The position numbers and the translations under genes are program-made. Below the pieces are notes generated by a model, which saw nothing but the letters and a program-made list of their open reading frames with translations, did not search any database and had not been told where the DNA came from. Positions 31,060 through 39,386 of a DNA stretch of 64,000 nt are shown here, in pieces. The stretch's first letter is position 1. Each line of letters opens with the position of its first letter. The stretch comes from Longimicrobiales bacterium (GTDB lineage Bacteria; Gemmatimonadota; Gemmatimonadetes; Longimicrobiales; Gaopeijiaceae). The stretch is from contig OZ241892.1 in NCBI GenBank assembly GCA_965203485.1, positions 1,568,001-1,632,000 of the forward strand. The letters are read 5' to 3'.

Positions 31060-31935
31060 CTACCGGATGCCGGGGCGCTGGGCGGACGAAGCCGGCGGAA
31101 GCCCCCGTCGGCCAAGGGTGTCCGGCCTGGGCGACGGCGGCGTCCGGCGCTGCGCCGACTCCTTCTCCGCTTGCTCGGCGGCGCGCTGGGCCTCGCGGCG
31201 GAGCTTCATGAACTCCAGCCTCTCCTTCCACGTCAGCTGAACGGCTCGCGTGCCGGCCGCCCGGTCGATGTCGTTGAAGCGAAAGGCCCGAGCCGCCAGC
31301 TCTCCGTTGTAGTCGCGGCGGCCGGCGAAGCCGAACGGAACTGGGAGCGGCACTCCGCCGAGGTAGACGACGCCGTCCTGAGCGCCCCACTTCCGGCCCT
31401 CCGCGTCGGTATGGGTCCAGTCGGTCGCGCGGCGCAAGGCGGCATCCACGGCGGCGGCCGAGTCCGCCATGGCTTCGAGCGCCACCAAGATCTCCATTCG
31501 CAACAGCTCGTCGGGCGTGGGCTCGACGAGTTCGGGCGCAACCGGCAACCAAAGGCGCGGGTCTCCCTGACCCGCCCTCAATCGCTCTGCGGCGGGCCGG
31601 TACCCGGACGGGAAGCCGAAGCGCGGCCCGTCGAGCGCCGGAGCTTGCGGCGCGGCGCTCTCCGGCACGGACGCGTCGATCTCCACGGGTTCGTCCTGCC
31701 CGCTTGGGTCGCCCTGCTCCGCCTCGACGATCCTGACGGCCTGGATCGCGCGAAGCGCCGGAGCCGAACGCTGGACGCGAACGCCGGCGTCCGGCGGCCC
31801 GCCCGCCAAGACCGGGTAGAGACGGAGCACGACCCAGTGCAGCAACGCCGAGGCGACGAGACCGGCCGCGAACGGCGACGCGCCCTTCCGCACGGAGCGT
31901 TCGCGGGGCGCTGGAGGCTTGGCGGCGTGCGACAT
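31060..31935 (-). CDS. Hypothetical membrane-anchored protein
   Basis: N-terminal TM with a SALLH motif (TonB/TolA-anchor-like), a Pro-rich linker and a conserved-looking DWT..DAEGRKWG segment. TGGTACACT extended -10 lies 9 nt before the ATG. Confidence 0.7.
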   Translation of the reverse strand: MSHAAKPPAPRERSVRKGASPFAAGLVASALLHWVVLRLYPVLAGGPPDAGVRVQRSAPALRAIQAVRIVEAEQGDPSGQDEPVEIDASVPESAAPQAPALDGPRFGFPSGYRPAAERLRAGQGDPRLWLPVAPELVEPTPDELLRMEILVALEAMADSAAAVDAALRRATDWTHTDAEGRKWGAQDGVVYLGGVPLPVPFGFAGRRDYNGELAARAFRFNDIDRAAGTRAVQLTWKERLEFMKLRREAQRAAEQAEKESAQRRTPPSPRPDTLGRRGLPPASSAQRPGIR

Positions 31936-32029
31936 GTCCCTAGAAGTGTACCACCGCGACGGCGGCCGAGCCCGCGACAGGCGGACGGCGGCCCCGCGGC
32001 CGCGAGGAGCATGCCGTTCGGTCTAGGCT

Positions 32030-32689
32030 CTAGGCTCCAACGCGCGGCGACACGCTCGGGCCGCCCAGCGGCAAGTCCGCCTCCACCGGGTTGGTCGCCG
32101 ACGAGCCGCACGACAAGACGACGGCGACGGTGTCGCCGGGGGCCAGAGGCCCGACGCCGGCGGGCGTTCCGGTGGCCACGAGGTCGCCGGGCTCCAGGGT
32201 CGTGAAGCGGGAGATGTAGCTGACCAAGCCGCGCAGGGAGAAGACGAGATCGGAGGCATGTCCGCGTTGCCGTTCCCGGCCGTTGACCCGCGTGGCGACG
32301 GACAGGTCTTCCGGGTCGACTTCGCGGGCGTCCACGGGATCGCCCACCGGGCAGAACGTGTCGAAGCCCTTGGCGCGCGACCACTGGTCGTCCGCGCGCT
32401 GCAGGTCGCGGGCCGTGACGTCGTTGAGCGCCAGCACGCCGCTCACGTGCTCCCACGCGCTCGCTTCCGGCACGCGGCGGGCGCGTTTGCCGACCAGCAA
32501 CCCGATCTCGCCTTCGAAGTCCACGCGCCCGGCGTCGGGCGGAACGCGGATCGGGGCGCCGCTGGGGATCAGGGCCGACGGCGGCTTGAGGAAGAGGAGC
32601 GGCTCCGACGGCGCCTCGTGGCCCAGCTCGGCCGCGTGGGGAGCGAAGTTTCGGCCCACGCAGACGATCTTGCCGGGCCGGTCGATCAA
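32030..32689 (-). CDS. Fumarylacetoacetate hydrolase family protein
   Basis: KIVCVGRNF, PLLFLKP, DFEGE, NDVTARDLQ, AKGFDTFCP and TGTPAGVG motifs. Start uncertain. Confidence 0.9.
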   Translation of the reverse strand: MIDRPGKIVCVGRNFAPHAAELGHEAPSEPLLFLKPPSALIPSGAPIRVPPDAGRVDFEGEIGLLVGKRARRVPEASAWEHVSGVLALNDVTARDLQRADDQWSRAKGFDTFCPVGDPVDAREVDPEDLSVATRVNGRERQRGHASDLVFSLRGLVSYISRFTTLEPGDLVATGTPAGVGPLAPGDTVAVVLSCGSSATNPVEADLPLGGPSVSPRVGA

Positions 32690-32763
32690 GCGGATCGCGC
32701 GGGCGGGCGGAGACCGGGCGAGACGCCGAGGCCGGTAGAGATGCCGGGCGCGCGGAGGCCAAG

Positions 32764-32961
32764 TCAGTCGGCCGCCCGCGAATGCACGGCCGTGCCGATC
32801 AGGGCCGCCAGGGCCGCGATCAGCAAAAGGCTGGCGATCACCGTCCACCAGAACCCCACGTCCGAGCGCCCGGCGTCCCATCCCGCGAGCGACGTCCGGG
32901 CCGCGCCCATGGCGAGCGCAAGCAAACCGAGACCGGCGAGAGCTCCTAGGGCCTTCTTCAT
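32764..32961 (-). CDS. Small two-TM membrane protein (65 aa)
   Basis: MKKALGALAGLGLLALAM and GFWWTVIASLLLIAALAALIG hydrophobic helices. Confidence 0.65.
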   Translation of the reverse strand: MKKALGALAGLGLLALAMGAARTSLAGWDAGRSDVGFWWTVIASLLLIAALAALIGTAVHSRAAD

Positions 32962-33082
32962 CGTGCGGCGATTCCGGGGATTCGAGACGTTGGGCGCGGA
33001 GGAGGCGGCGGACGGTCGGGCCGCCGCTGAAATCTAGCAAGCCGCGGACCTCCCCGCACCGCTCGGTCCCGGCGCTTGGAAA

Positions 33083-33262
33083 TCAGAACGGCAGATCGTC
33101 GGCGGGCGCCGAGGGAACCGGCGACCGGCCGGGCACAAGCACCTTCTTGCGGCCCACGTCGTCAAAGTCCACGGTGAGCTTGAAACCCGTGCCCGATCTC
33201 TCGCGCTCGACGATCGTGCCATGTCCAAAGACGTGGTGGTCGAAGGGGCCGCCCGGCGCGTG
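33083..33262 (-). other. In-frame continuation of dinG beyond TAG: PcrA/UvrD-type C-terminal Tudor domain plus DDLPF tail
   Basis: Same frame as dinG: HAPGGPFDHHVFGHGTIVERERSGTGFKLTVDFDDVGRKKVLVPGRSPVPSAPADDLPF, then TGA. No start codon precedes the domain after the TAG. Confidence 0.8.
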
Positions 33263-36055
33263 CTACGCCCGCACGGGCTTCGGCGACCGCCGAGGAGGCC
33301 GGTCGCCCTCTTTCCCGGGCGAGGCGGGCAGTGCGCGACCTCGCGATTCGCGGCTGACCGGGCCCCTGGGGCCGCCCACGGCCGCGCGCGGAGGGCCCGC
33401 GGCGTAGAAATCCCGCAGTGGCGCATCGAGCGCTGACCATTCGCGGTACTCCACCGGCATCGGCGGCAGCGCGGCCAGAATTGCGCGCCCGTAGGGCTTC
33501 GTCCACACCCGGTCGTCGAGCAACACGACGGCGCCCCGGTCGCTGCGCGCGCGGATCAGCCGACCCACGCCCTGCTTGAGGCTCAGGCCCGCCACCGGAA
33601 CGGTATAGCCGAAGAAGCCGTTTTCACCCCGCGCCTCGATCTTCGCCTTTCGCGCGGCCGCCACCGGCTCGCCGGGGACCGGGAACGGCAACTTGTGGAT
33701 CACGAGCGCGCGAAGCGATTGCCCGGGGATGTCAACGCCCTCCCAGAACGACTGCGTACCGAACAGGATCCCGTTGCCGGCGCGCTTGAATTTGCGGATC
33801 AGCTTGTAGCGCGACGACCCGCCCTGCACGAACACCTCCCAACGAGCACCGGGCAAGCTCTGGAATTTCTTCGCTGCGTCGCGAAGCGCGTCGTGCGACG
33901 TGAACAACGCCATGACGCCGCCGCCCGTGATCTCGGCCAGCTCGGACAGAATGCGCGCCACGTGCGGACCGGACATCGTCCCGTCGGCACCCTTGCACAC
34001 CTTGAGCACCGCCTGTTTGCGGTAGTCGAACGGCGACTTCACGACATCCTCGTGCACGCTCGTCCGATCGCCTTGCAGGCCCGTCCATTCTTTGAAGTGG
34101 TCGAAACTCTTGCCTAACGCCATCGTGGCCGACGTGAGCACAGCGGCGTCCACGCGGCCAAACAAATGTTTCCGAAGGAGCGGTCCCGCGCTCACCGGCG
34201 CCGACACCGCTTGCACGTCGTCCTTGCTCATCTCGAGCCAGCGCACCCAGTCCACATCTTCGGCCTCGCCGGGAAGGAGACAACGCTCGAGATCGGCGCC
34301 CGCCTCGACAAGCCGCTCGGCTGAGCTGCGAAGGTCGAGGACCCGACCCTTGAGGTCGTCGCCCAGGCTCTCTTCGTTCTCGTCGTCCACGCGTTCGCAG
34401 ATACCGCTCAGCTCCTTGGATACGGCGCCCAGGGCAATCCGCAGGTTGTCCAGGGCCGTGCACATCCGGATGTCGTCGGCCGGCTCCTGGCCCCGGCCGA
34501 TAGGCAGGCGAACCCGGTCTTGCCGAGCGGCTGGTTGACGACGGGCGCGTTCCCCGTTGGCGCGCCTCACGGTCCAAGCCCTGAGCGCGTCGAAGAACTC
34601 GTCGGTCCGTTCTCGGGCAAGCTCCACGGCCTCAACGGCGTTCTCCGCCACGCGCTGCCGCAACTCGGCGTCCAGAACCCCGCCCTGCTTCTCGAAAGCC
34701 TTCGCAACCGCAACCAGCAAGCCCATGGGCCGACGCTTGTCGTGCAACCGGGACAGGAGCGCGAGCACGCCATGGCGCTTGACCTTGGTCTTGAAAGCCT
34801 CAGTGGCGGCCTCGTCGAGGCGGTGCGCCTCGTCGAAGATCACCCTCCGGTAGCGGGGCAACACGACGGCGTCGTCGAAATTGTCATGCTCTATGCGGAT
34901 GTTCAGATCCGCGAAGAAGAGGGCATGGTTGACGACCACCACGTCCGCGTCGGCTACGCCCCTGCGGGCTCGAAAGTAGAAGCACTCCTGGTAGTGCGGA
35001 CACTTGTCGCGCAAGCAGGCGTCCGTATCGCTCTTGACTTCGTTCCAGACTTCCTCGGCGGGCTTCACGGGCAGATCGCTCTTGGATCCGTCCCGAGTCT
35101 TCTCGAGCCACTTCATGATCTCGTCGATATCGGTGCCCTTCCCGTCCGCAAAGAGGGCGCCCGCCGACTTGGCCGCCAAGCGGGCGCGCCGGATCGACGC
35201 GTAGTTGCCCCGGCCCTTGAAGAGGGCCCACTTGAGCGGCTCGCCGAGGACGTCCTGGGCGAGCGGAAGATCCTTGAAGACCAGTTGCTGTTGCAGGTTG
35301 ATGGTGTTCGTGGACACGATCGTCCGTTCGCGGTTCCGGAGCGCCCAGCTCGCGGCGGGCGTCAGGTAGGCAAGCGACTTGCCCGTTCCGGTGCCGGCCT
35401 CGACCAGGCCGACGCCGCCTTCGTTGAAGCGGCGGGCCACCAACCGCAACATCTCCCGTTGCCCTCTCCGATCCTCGTATTCCGGCTCGGCGGCGAAGGC
35501 GCCGCCCGGCGCCAGCAAGGCGGCCAGGGCGTCCTCGTCAAGCAGCCGGGGTCCCTCGCGGCCCCCTTTAGAGAGCCGCTTCGGCCAGGGCTCGCCGAAG
35601 TCCAGCGCGCCGCGAAGCCCTTCCAGCACTTTCTTGTTGCGATCCACGAGCGTCCGCAGCTGGGCCGCCACGTCGCGAAGGTCGCTGACATCGGCGGCTC
35701 GGCCGACGGCCGCCGCCAGCCTCTCGAAGTCCTCCAGCGGGATCTGGTCCTCGGACCACAGCGCCTTGAGCCTCTCGGTCAGCGCTTCCCGCGCGTCTTC
35801 GAGCGAAGGGCCGCCGGCGCGTTCGGAAGCAGCGCGGATACTCTCCACGACCCCCACCACCTCCGCGATCTTGGCCACGCGGGCGCGCAACTCGGCCGCG
35901 ACCGCCAGCAGATCGTTCATGTTCGCCGCCGCCCCGGCCGCCTTCGCCAGCTCGCCGTGCTCCCGTTCCGTCAGCTGGTCCGCCGCCCAGGCGTCGCCGA
36001 GCGCCTGCACCACCCGATCTCTCGCCTGCTCCAGAGACGCCGGCGCGGCGCTCAC
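33263..36055 (-). CDS. DinG/YoaA-family ATP-dependent helicase with two N-terminal DUF1707-like repeats
   Basis: Q-motif (YEDRRGQ), EAGTGTGKSLAY, FDEAH, LTSAT, LFTS, SFWEGVDIPG, KLPFP and QGVGRLIR motifs; Fe-S region C-x4-C-x5-C. Confidence 0.9.
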   Translation of the reverse strand: MSAAPASLEQARDRVVQALGDAWAADQLTEREHGELAKAAGAAANMNDLLAVAAELRARVAKIAEVVGVVESIRAASERAGGPSLEDAREALTERLKALWSEDQIPLEDFERLAAAVGRAADVSDLRDVAAQLRTLVDRNKKVLEGLRGALDFGEPWPKRLSKGGREGPRLLDEDALAALLAPGGAFAAEPEYEDRRGQREMLRLVARRFNEGGVGLVEAGTGTGKSLAYLTPAASWALRNRERTIVSTNTINLQQQLVFKDLPLAQDVLGEPLKWALFKGRGNYASIRRARLAAKSAGALFADGKGTDIDEIMKWLEKTRDGSKSDLPVKPAEEVWNEVKSDTDACLRDKCPHYQECFYFRARRGVADADVVVVNHALFFADLNIRIEHDNFDDAVVLPRYRRVIFDEAHRLDEAATEAFKTKVKRHGVLALLSRLHDKRRPMGLLVAVAKAFEKQGGVLDAELRQRVAENAVEAVELARERTDEFFDALRAWTVRRANGERARRQPAARQDRVRLPIGRGQEPADDIRMCTALDNLRIALGAVSKELSGICERVDDENEESLGDDLKGRVLDLRSSAERLVEAGADLERCLLPGEAEDVDWVRWLEMSKDDVQAVSAPVSAGPLLRKHLFGRVDAAVLTSATMALGKSFDHFKEWTGLQGDRTSVHEDVVKSPFDYRKQAVLKVCKGADGTMSGPHVARILSELAEITGGGVMALFTSHDALRDAAKKFQSLPGARWEVFVQGGSSRYKLIRKFKRAGNGILFGTQSFWEGVDIPGQSLRALVIHKLPFPVPGEPVAAARKAKIEARGENGFFGYTVPVAGLSLKQGVGRLIRARSDRGAVVLLDDRVWTKPYGRAILAALPPMPVEYREWSALDAPLRDFYAAGPPRAAVGGPRGPVSRESRGRALPASPGKEGDRPPRRSPKPVRA

Positions 36056-37347
36056 GTCTTCAGCTTCTTCTTCTTTGCCGCCGGGAAGAGCACGTTGTTC
36101 AAGATGAGCCGGTAGCCGGGCGAGTTGGGATGCAGGTCGAGGTCGGTGGGCGCGTCGCCGATCTGGTGCTCGGGGTCCTCCGGGTCGTGGCCTCCGTAGT
36201 AGGTCCAGGTGCCCTTTCCGGCGGATCCATGGACGTACTTGGCCGAGCCGCCTTCCTTGGCGAGCTGCACGACGCCGGGCTTGAGGCGGTCGATCTCGAA
36301 CGACGTCGTCAGGCCGTAGAAGTCCGGCAGAACGGACTCGTGATTCTGCGTGAGCATCGTGGGGACCGGATCGAACTTGGCCGAGAATTCAAATAAGGTG
36401 AAGGTGCCTAACTGCTTGCGCCACGGGGTGTTGACTTGATGTCCGTCTATGTCCGAGAAGGCGTTCACCGAGGGCGACGTCTGAATCCGGGCGTCTTGAA
36501 AGGCCATAGCGGCGCGCCAGTCCATGCGGTCGGTAGCGGCGGGGTCGGGCGGCGTCCCGTCCGAGTACGCCGCCGCGATGTCCACGCCGTCCGCGGCCAG
36601 CGCCAGCTCCAACGTCTCCGGGGCCGAGCACATCGCGAACAGGAATCCGCCGCCCTCGACGTACTCCTTGATCCGCCGGCTGACCGCCTTCTTGAGCGCC
36701 GGCACGTCCGCGAATTCCAGCGCGCGCGCCTCCTCTTCGTTGCGCGCCACCTCTTCCTCGAGCCATGGCGTGCCGGCGTACGTGATGTAGAACTTGGAGT
36801 ACTGGCCGGTGAAGTCCTCGTGATGGAGGTGGAGCCACTCGTAGCGGCTCATGTCGCCGCCGAGAACGTCCCCGTCCCACACCTTCTCGTAGGGAATCTC
36901 GGCGTACTCGAGCGCCATGGTGACGGCGTCGTCCCACGGCGCGCTGTTCGGCGGCGTGTAGATCGCGATCCTGGTGGCCTTCTCCAGGACGATGGCGTCC
37001 ATGTTGGATTCGGCGACGACGCCCCGAATGCGCGCCTCGTCCGCCGGGCCGACGCGGGTCGTCGAAACGCCCATGAGCGCCGCGCGGCGATGCACGGCCT
37101 CCGTGTCCGGCAACAGAAACGAGCCGCCCCGGTAGTTGAGGAGCCACTCCGCCGTGCTGCCCGCGCGCAGAACGGCGTAGGCCAAGCCGTACGCCTTGAG
37201 ATGGTTTGCTTGGGCGCGGTCCATTGGCACAAGGACGGACTGGCCCGCCGCCGAGCGGGCGGACGGAGCCGCCAGCAGGCACGCGGCCAACGCGACGGCC
37301 CGAACGGGGACTGGGAGCGCGGCGCGGCGCGGCGCCGGACGGCTCAT
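36052..37347 (-). CDS. Conserved secreted hypothetical protein (family often labelled 'asparagine synthetase B'; class I GATase-like)
   Basis: Signal peptide, then LVPMD..QANHLKAYG, WLLNYRGGSF, PWDDAVT, WLHLHHEDFTGQY, FLFAMCSA, GGHDPED and RLILNNVLFPAA motifs. Confidence 0.75.
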   Translation of the reverse strand: MSRPAPRRAALPVPVRAVALAACLLAAPSARSAAGQSVLVPMDRAQANHLKAYGLAYAVLRAGSTAEWLLNYRGGSFLLPDTEAVHRRAALMGVSTTRVGPADEARIRGVVAESNMDAIVLEKATRIAIYTPPNSAPWDDAVTMALEYAEIPYEKVWDGDVLGGDMSRYEWLHLHHEDFTGQYSKFYITYAGTPWLEEEVARNEEEARALEFADVPALKKAVSRRIKEYVEGGGFLFAMCSAPETLELALAADGVDIAAAYSDGTPPDPAATDRMDWRAAMAFQDARIQTSPSVNAFSDIDGHQVNTPWRKQLGTFTLFEFSAKFDPVPTMLTQNHESVLPDFYGLTTSFEIDRLKPGVVQLAKEGGSAKYVHGSAGKGTWTYYGGHDPEDPEHQIGDAPTDLDLHPNSPGYRLILNNVLFPAAKKKKLKT

Positions 37348-39386
37348 CGGCGCGGCGCGGCGCCGGATCCGCCGCCGACCCGGAGACGGTTGAGTTCCCG
37401 GCGCGCTTCGGGCACGACGGCGCTGCCCGGACGGGCCACGATGACGCTCTCGAGGATCCGCATTGCGTCGGCGACGCCGTCGGGGCGCCCGGCGATTGCC
37501 TTGGCGAGGCGCACGGCCGCCTCCGGGAACTCGTCGGAGTCGGGATGGTCCGCCACGATCCGGCGTCGCAACTCCTCGGCCGCCTGGGCGAGTCCGCCCC
37601 CGTCGGCAACGCGCGCCGCCAACGCCAGCAGGGGCGCCCGCTCGTCCGGGGCCGCCTCGCCGACTGCCGCGCGGGCCGCCCGCACCGCGTCTTCGGGCCT
37701 GCCGCGCCGTCCCAGCACAGCCACGCGAGCGGCCGCGCGGGCGGTCCGCGTGGTCAGCCGGGTCACGGTCATCACGACATCCAGGACGCCGGTCGCCTCC
37801 GCCGGGGCCAGGTCCGGAAGCGCGTCTCGGAGGGCTTGCGCGCCTTCGGGCACGGCCCCCGCCTCCAGGAGCAGATAAGCGCGCTCGAGGCGTGCGCCCG
37901 GGCCCGCGATTCCGTCCAGCGTCCGAAGCGCAGCCTCTCTCTCGCCGTTCTCGATGAGCGCTGCGGCCACGGCCGCGGCGAGGCCGCCGACCTCGTCGTC
38001 GTCGGGGAACTCCCGTCGGAACTCGGCGAACGCGGCGCTGCCGACTTCCGGCCCTTCGGCGGCCAGCCGCATTCGCACCTCGGCGATCCATGCGTCCCGG
38101 CGCTCGGGCGATCCACGGGGATGGGCGTCCCGAACGCGCCGCATGGCCGCGATCGCGGCGCCGGTGTCGCCCGCCGCTGCCGCCGCGACGGCCAGCCGCT
38201 CGTCGCTTCTGCGCGCGTCGGCGGCGCTCGGCGCGGTCTCGCGAAGCCGCTCGTAGGCCCAGACGGCGCTCGCGTGGAACTCGAGGTCCTCCGCCCTGCG
38301 GGCGAACGTTCGCAGAAAGCCGCGCGCCTCCATCGGATCCATTGCGCGCAACCCTTGATCCACCAGTGCGCGCGCATCTTCCTGCCGTCCTTCGCGGAGC
38401 GCGAGTTCGGCGCCCATCTCCAAGCTCGAGGGCCGCAACGGCGCCGAGCCGTGAATGGCGAGCATGCCCCGCACCACCGCGTCTCGGCCGGTCTCGAGTC
38501 TGTCCAGCCTGACGAAGACCTCGGCGGCGGCCGCGCGGTCGGCGCTCATGGCGGCGGCCCAAGCACGGGCAACTTCGTCGAAGCGTCCCATGGCCGCGTG
38601 CACGTCGCCCGAAGCAAGCAGCAGCGCGGGCGGCGAGCCGAGCGCGCCGACGCCTGCGGCAAGGAGACGGGCGGCCGCTGGCAGGTCGCCCGCCTCCACG
38701 AATGCGCGGGCGCCCTCTCGGTACGGCCGAGCAGCCCCGGGGTCGGCTCGGATCCAGCGCCGTACCGCGGCGTCGATCGCCGCCGGCGAGTCCGCGTCGC
38801 GCAGGACGCGCAGTTGGAGCGAGCGCACCGAGACGGCCGCCGGGTTGGCGTCCAGGTGCGCCGTCAGAAGGGGCGCGAGCGCGTCCAGACGACCAGATCT
38901 CCGCAACACGCGTTCAAGCGCGAAGACCGCCGCGGTCGACTCGGGCCGCCGTTCGGCGAGCTCGCGCAATCTGGCCTCGGCGCCAGCCAAGTCGCCCTGC
39001 GCCTCCAGGGCGGACGCCTCGCGCAATGCCCGGCCCTCGTAGGGATCGCTGGACCACCGCTGAGGCTGGCCGGCCACGGCCGGGACGGCCAAGGCGCCAA
39101 GGACGGCCAGCGCGGCGCCAAGGCACGCGGTGTTCGGTAGACGCGAGCGCGACGCCGGGAAGACGGAAGGCCGAGGCCCCGCGGGCCGTCCGCGGCCTCT
39201 TGGCGCGGAGGGCGCGCATGGACGCCGAACGCCGACCAGCTCGACGACTTCCCCCGAGCCAACTCGCCGTTGGACGGCTGCGACGGACGCGCGCCGACGC
39301 CGGCCGCCGACCGATTCGACGACGTAGGCGGCGCGGACTCGCCGACGGGCCGCCGCGACGGACGCGCGAAAGCGCGGAAGCGTCAT
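37344..39386 (-). CDS. Tetratricopeptide-repeat exported protein
   Basis: Ala/Arg-rich helical repeats ending in a BamD/CpoB-like motif (RIVADHPDS...ESVIVARPGS). ATGA-coupled on both sides; true start uncertain. Confidence 0.65.
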   Translation of the reverse strand: MTLPRFRASVAAARRRVRAAYVVESVGGRRRRASVAAVQRRVGSGEVVELVGVRRPCAPSAPRGRGRPAGPRPSVFPASRSRLPNTACLGAALAVLGALAVPAVAGQPQRWSSDPYEGRALREASALEAQGDLAGAEARLRELAERRPESTAAVFALERVLRRSGRLDALAPLLTAHLDANPAAVSVRSLQLRVLRDADSPAAIDAAVRRWIRADPGAARPYREGARAFVEAGDLPAAARLLAAGVGALGSPPALLLASGDVHAAMGRFDEVARAWAAAMSADRAAAAEVFVRLDRLETGRDAVVRGMLAIHGSAPLRPSSLEMGAELALREGRQEDARALVDQGLRAMDPMEARGFLRTFARRAEDLEFHASAVWAYERLRETAPSAADARRSDERLAVAAAAAGDTGAAIAAMRRVRDAHPRGSPERRDAWIAEVRMRLAAEGPEVGSAAFAEFRREFPDDDEVGGLAAAVAAALIENGEREAALRTLDGIAGPGARLERAYLLLEAGAVPEGAQALRDALPDLAPAEATGVLDVVMTVTRLTTRTARAAARVAVLGRRGRPEDAVRAARAAVGEAAPDERAPLLALAARVADGGGLAQAAEELRRRIVADHPDSDEFPEAAVRLAKAIAGRPDGVADAMRILESVIVARPGSAVVPEARRELNRLRVGGGSGAAPRR

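Noticed and set aside
26608..32205. Very long plus-strand ORFs (1865 aa here; also 13335-17741, 10015-12954 and 52025-54496)
   Set aside because: These are antisense shadows of valS, RND and clpB in high-GC DNA, with Arg/Gly/Ala-rich composition and no domain motifs.
33263..33265. Genome-wide TAG reassignment as the explanation for the dinG internal stop
   Set aside because: ispG, selA, the NhaC gene and guaA end at TAG at or near their expected C-termini, so TAG is a normal stop here. SelA acts on UGA, not UAG.
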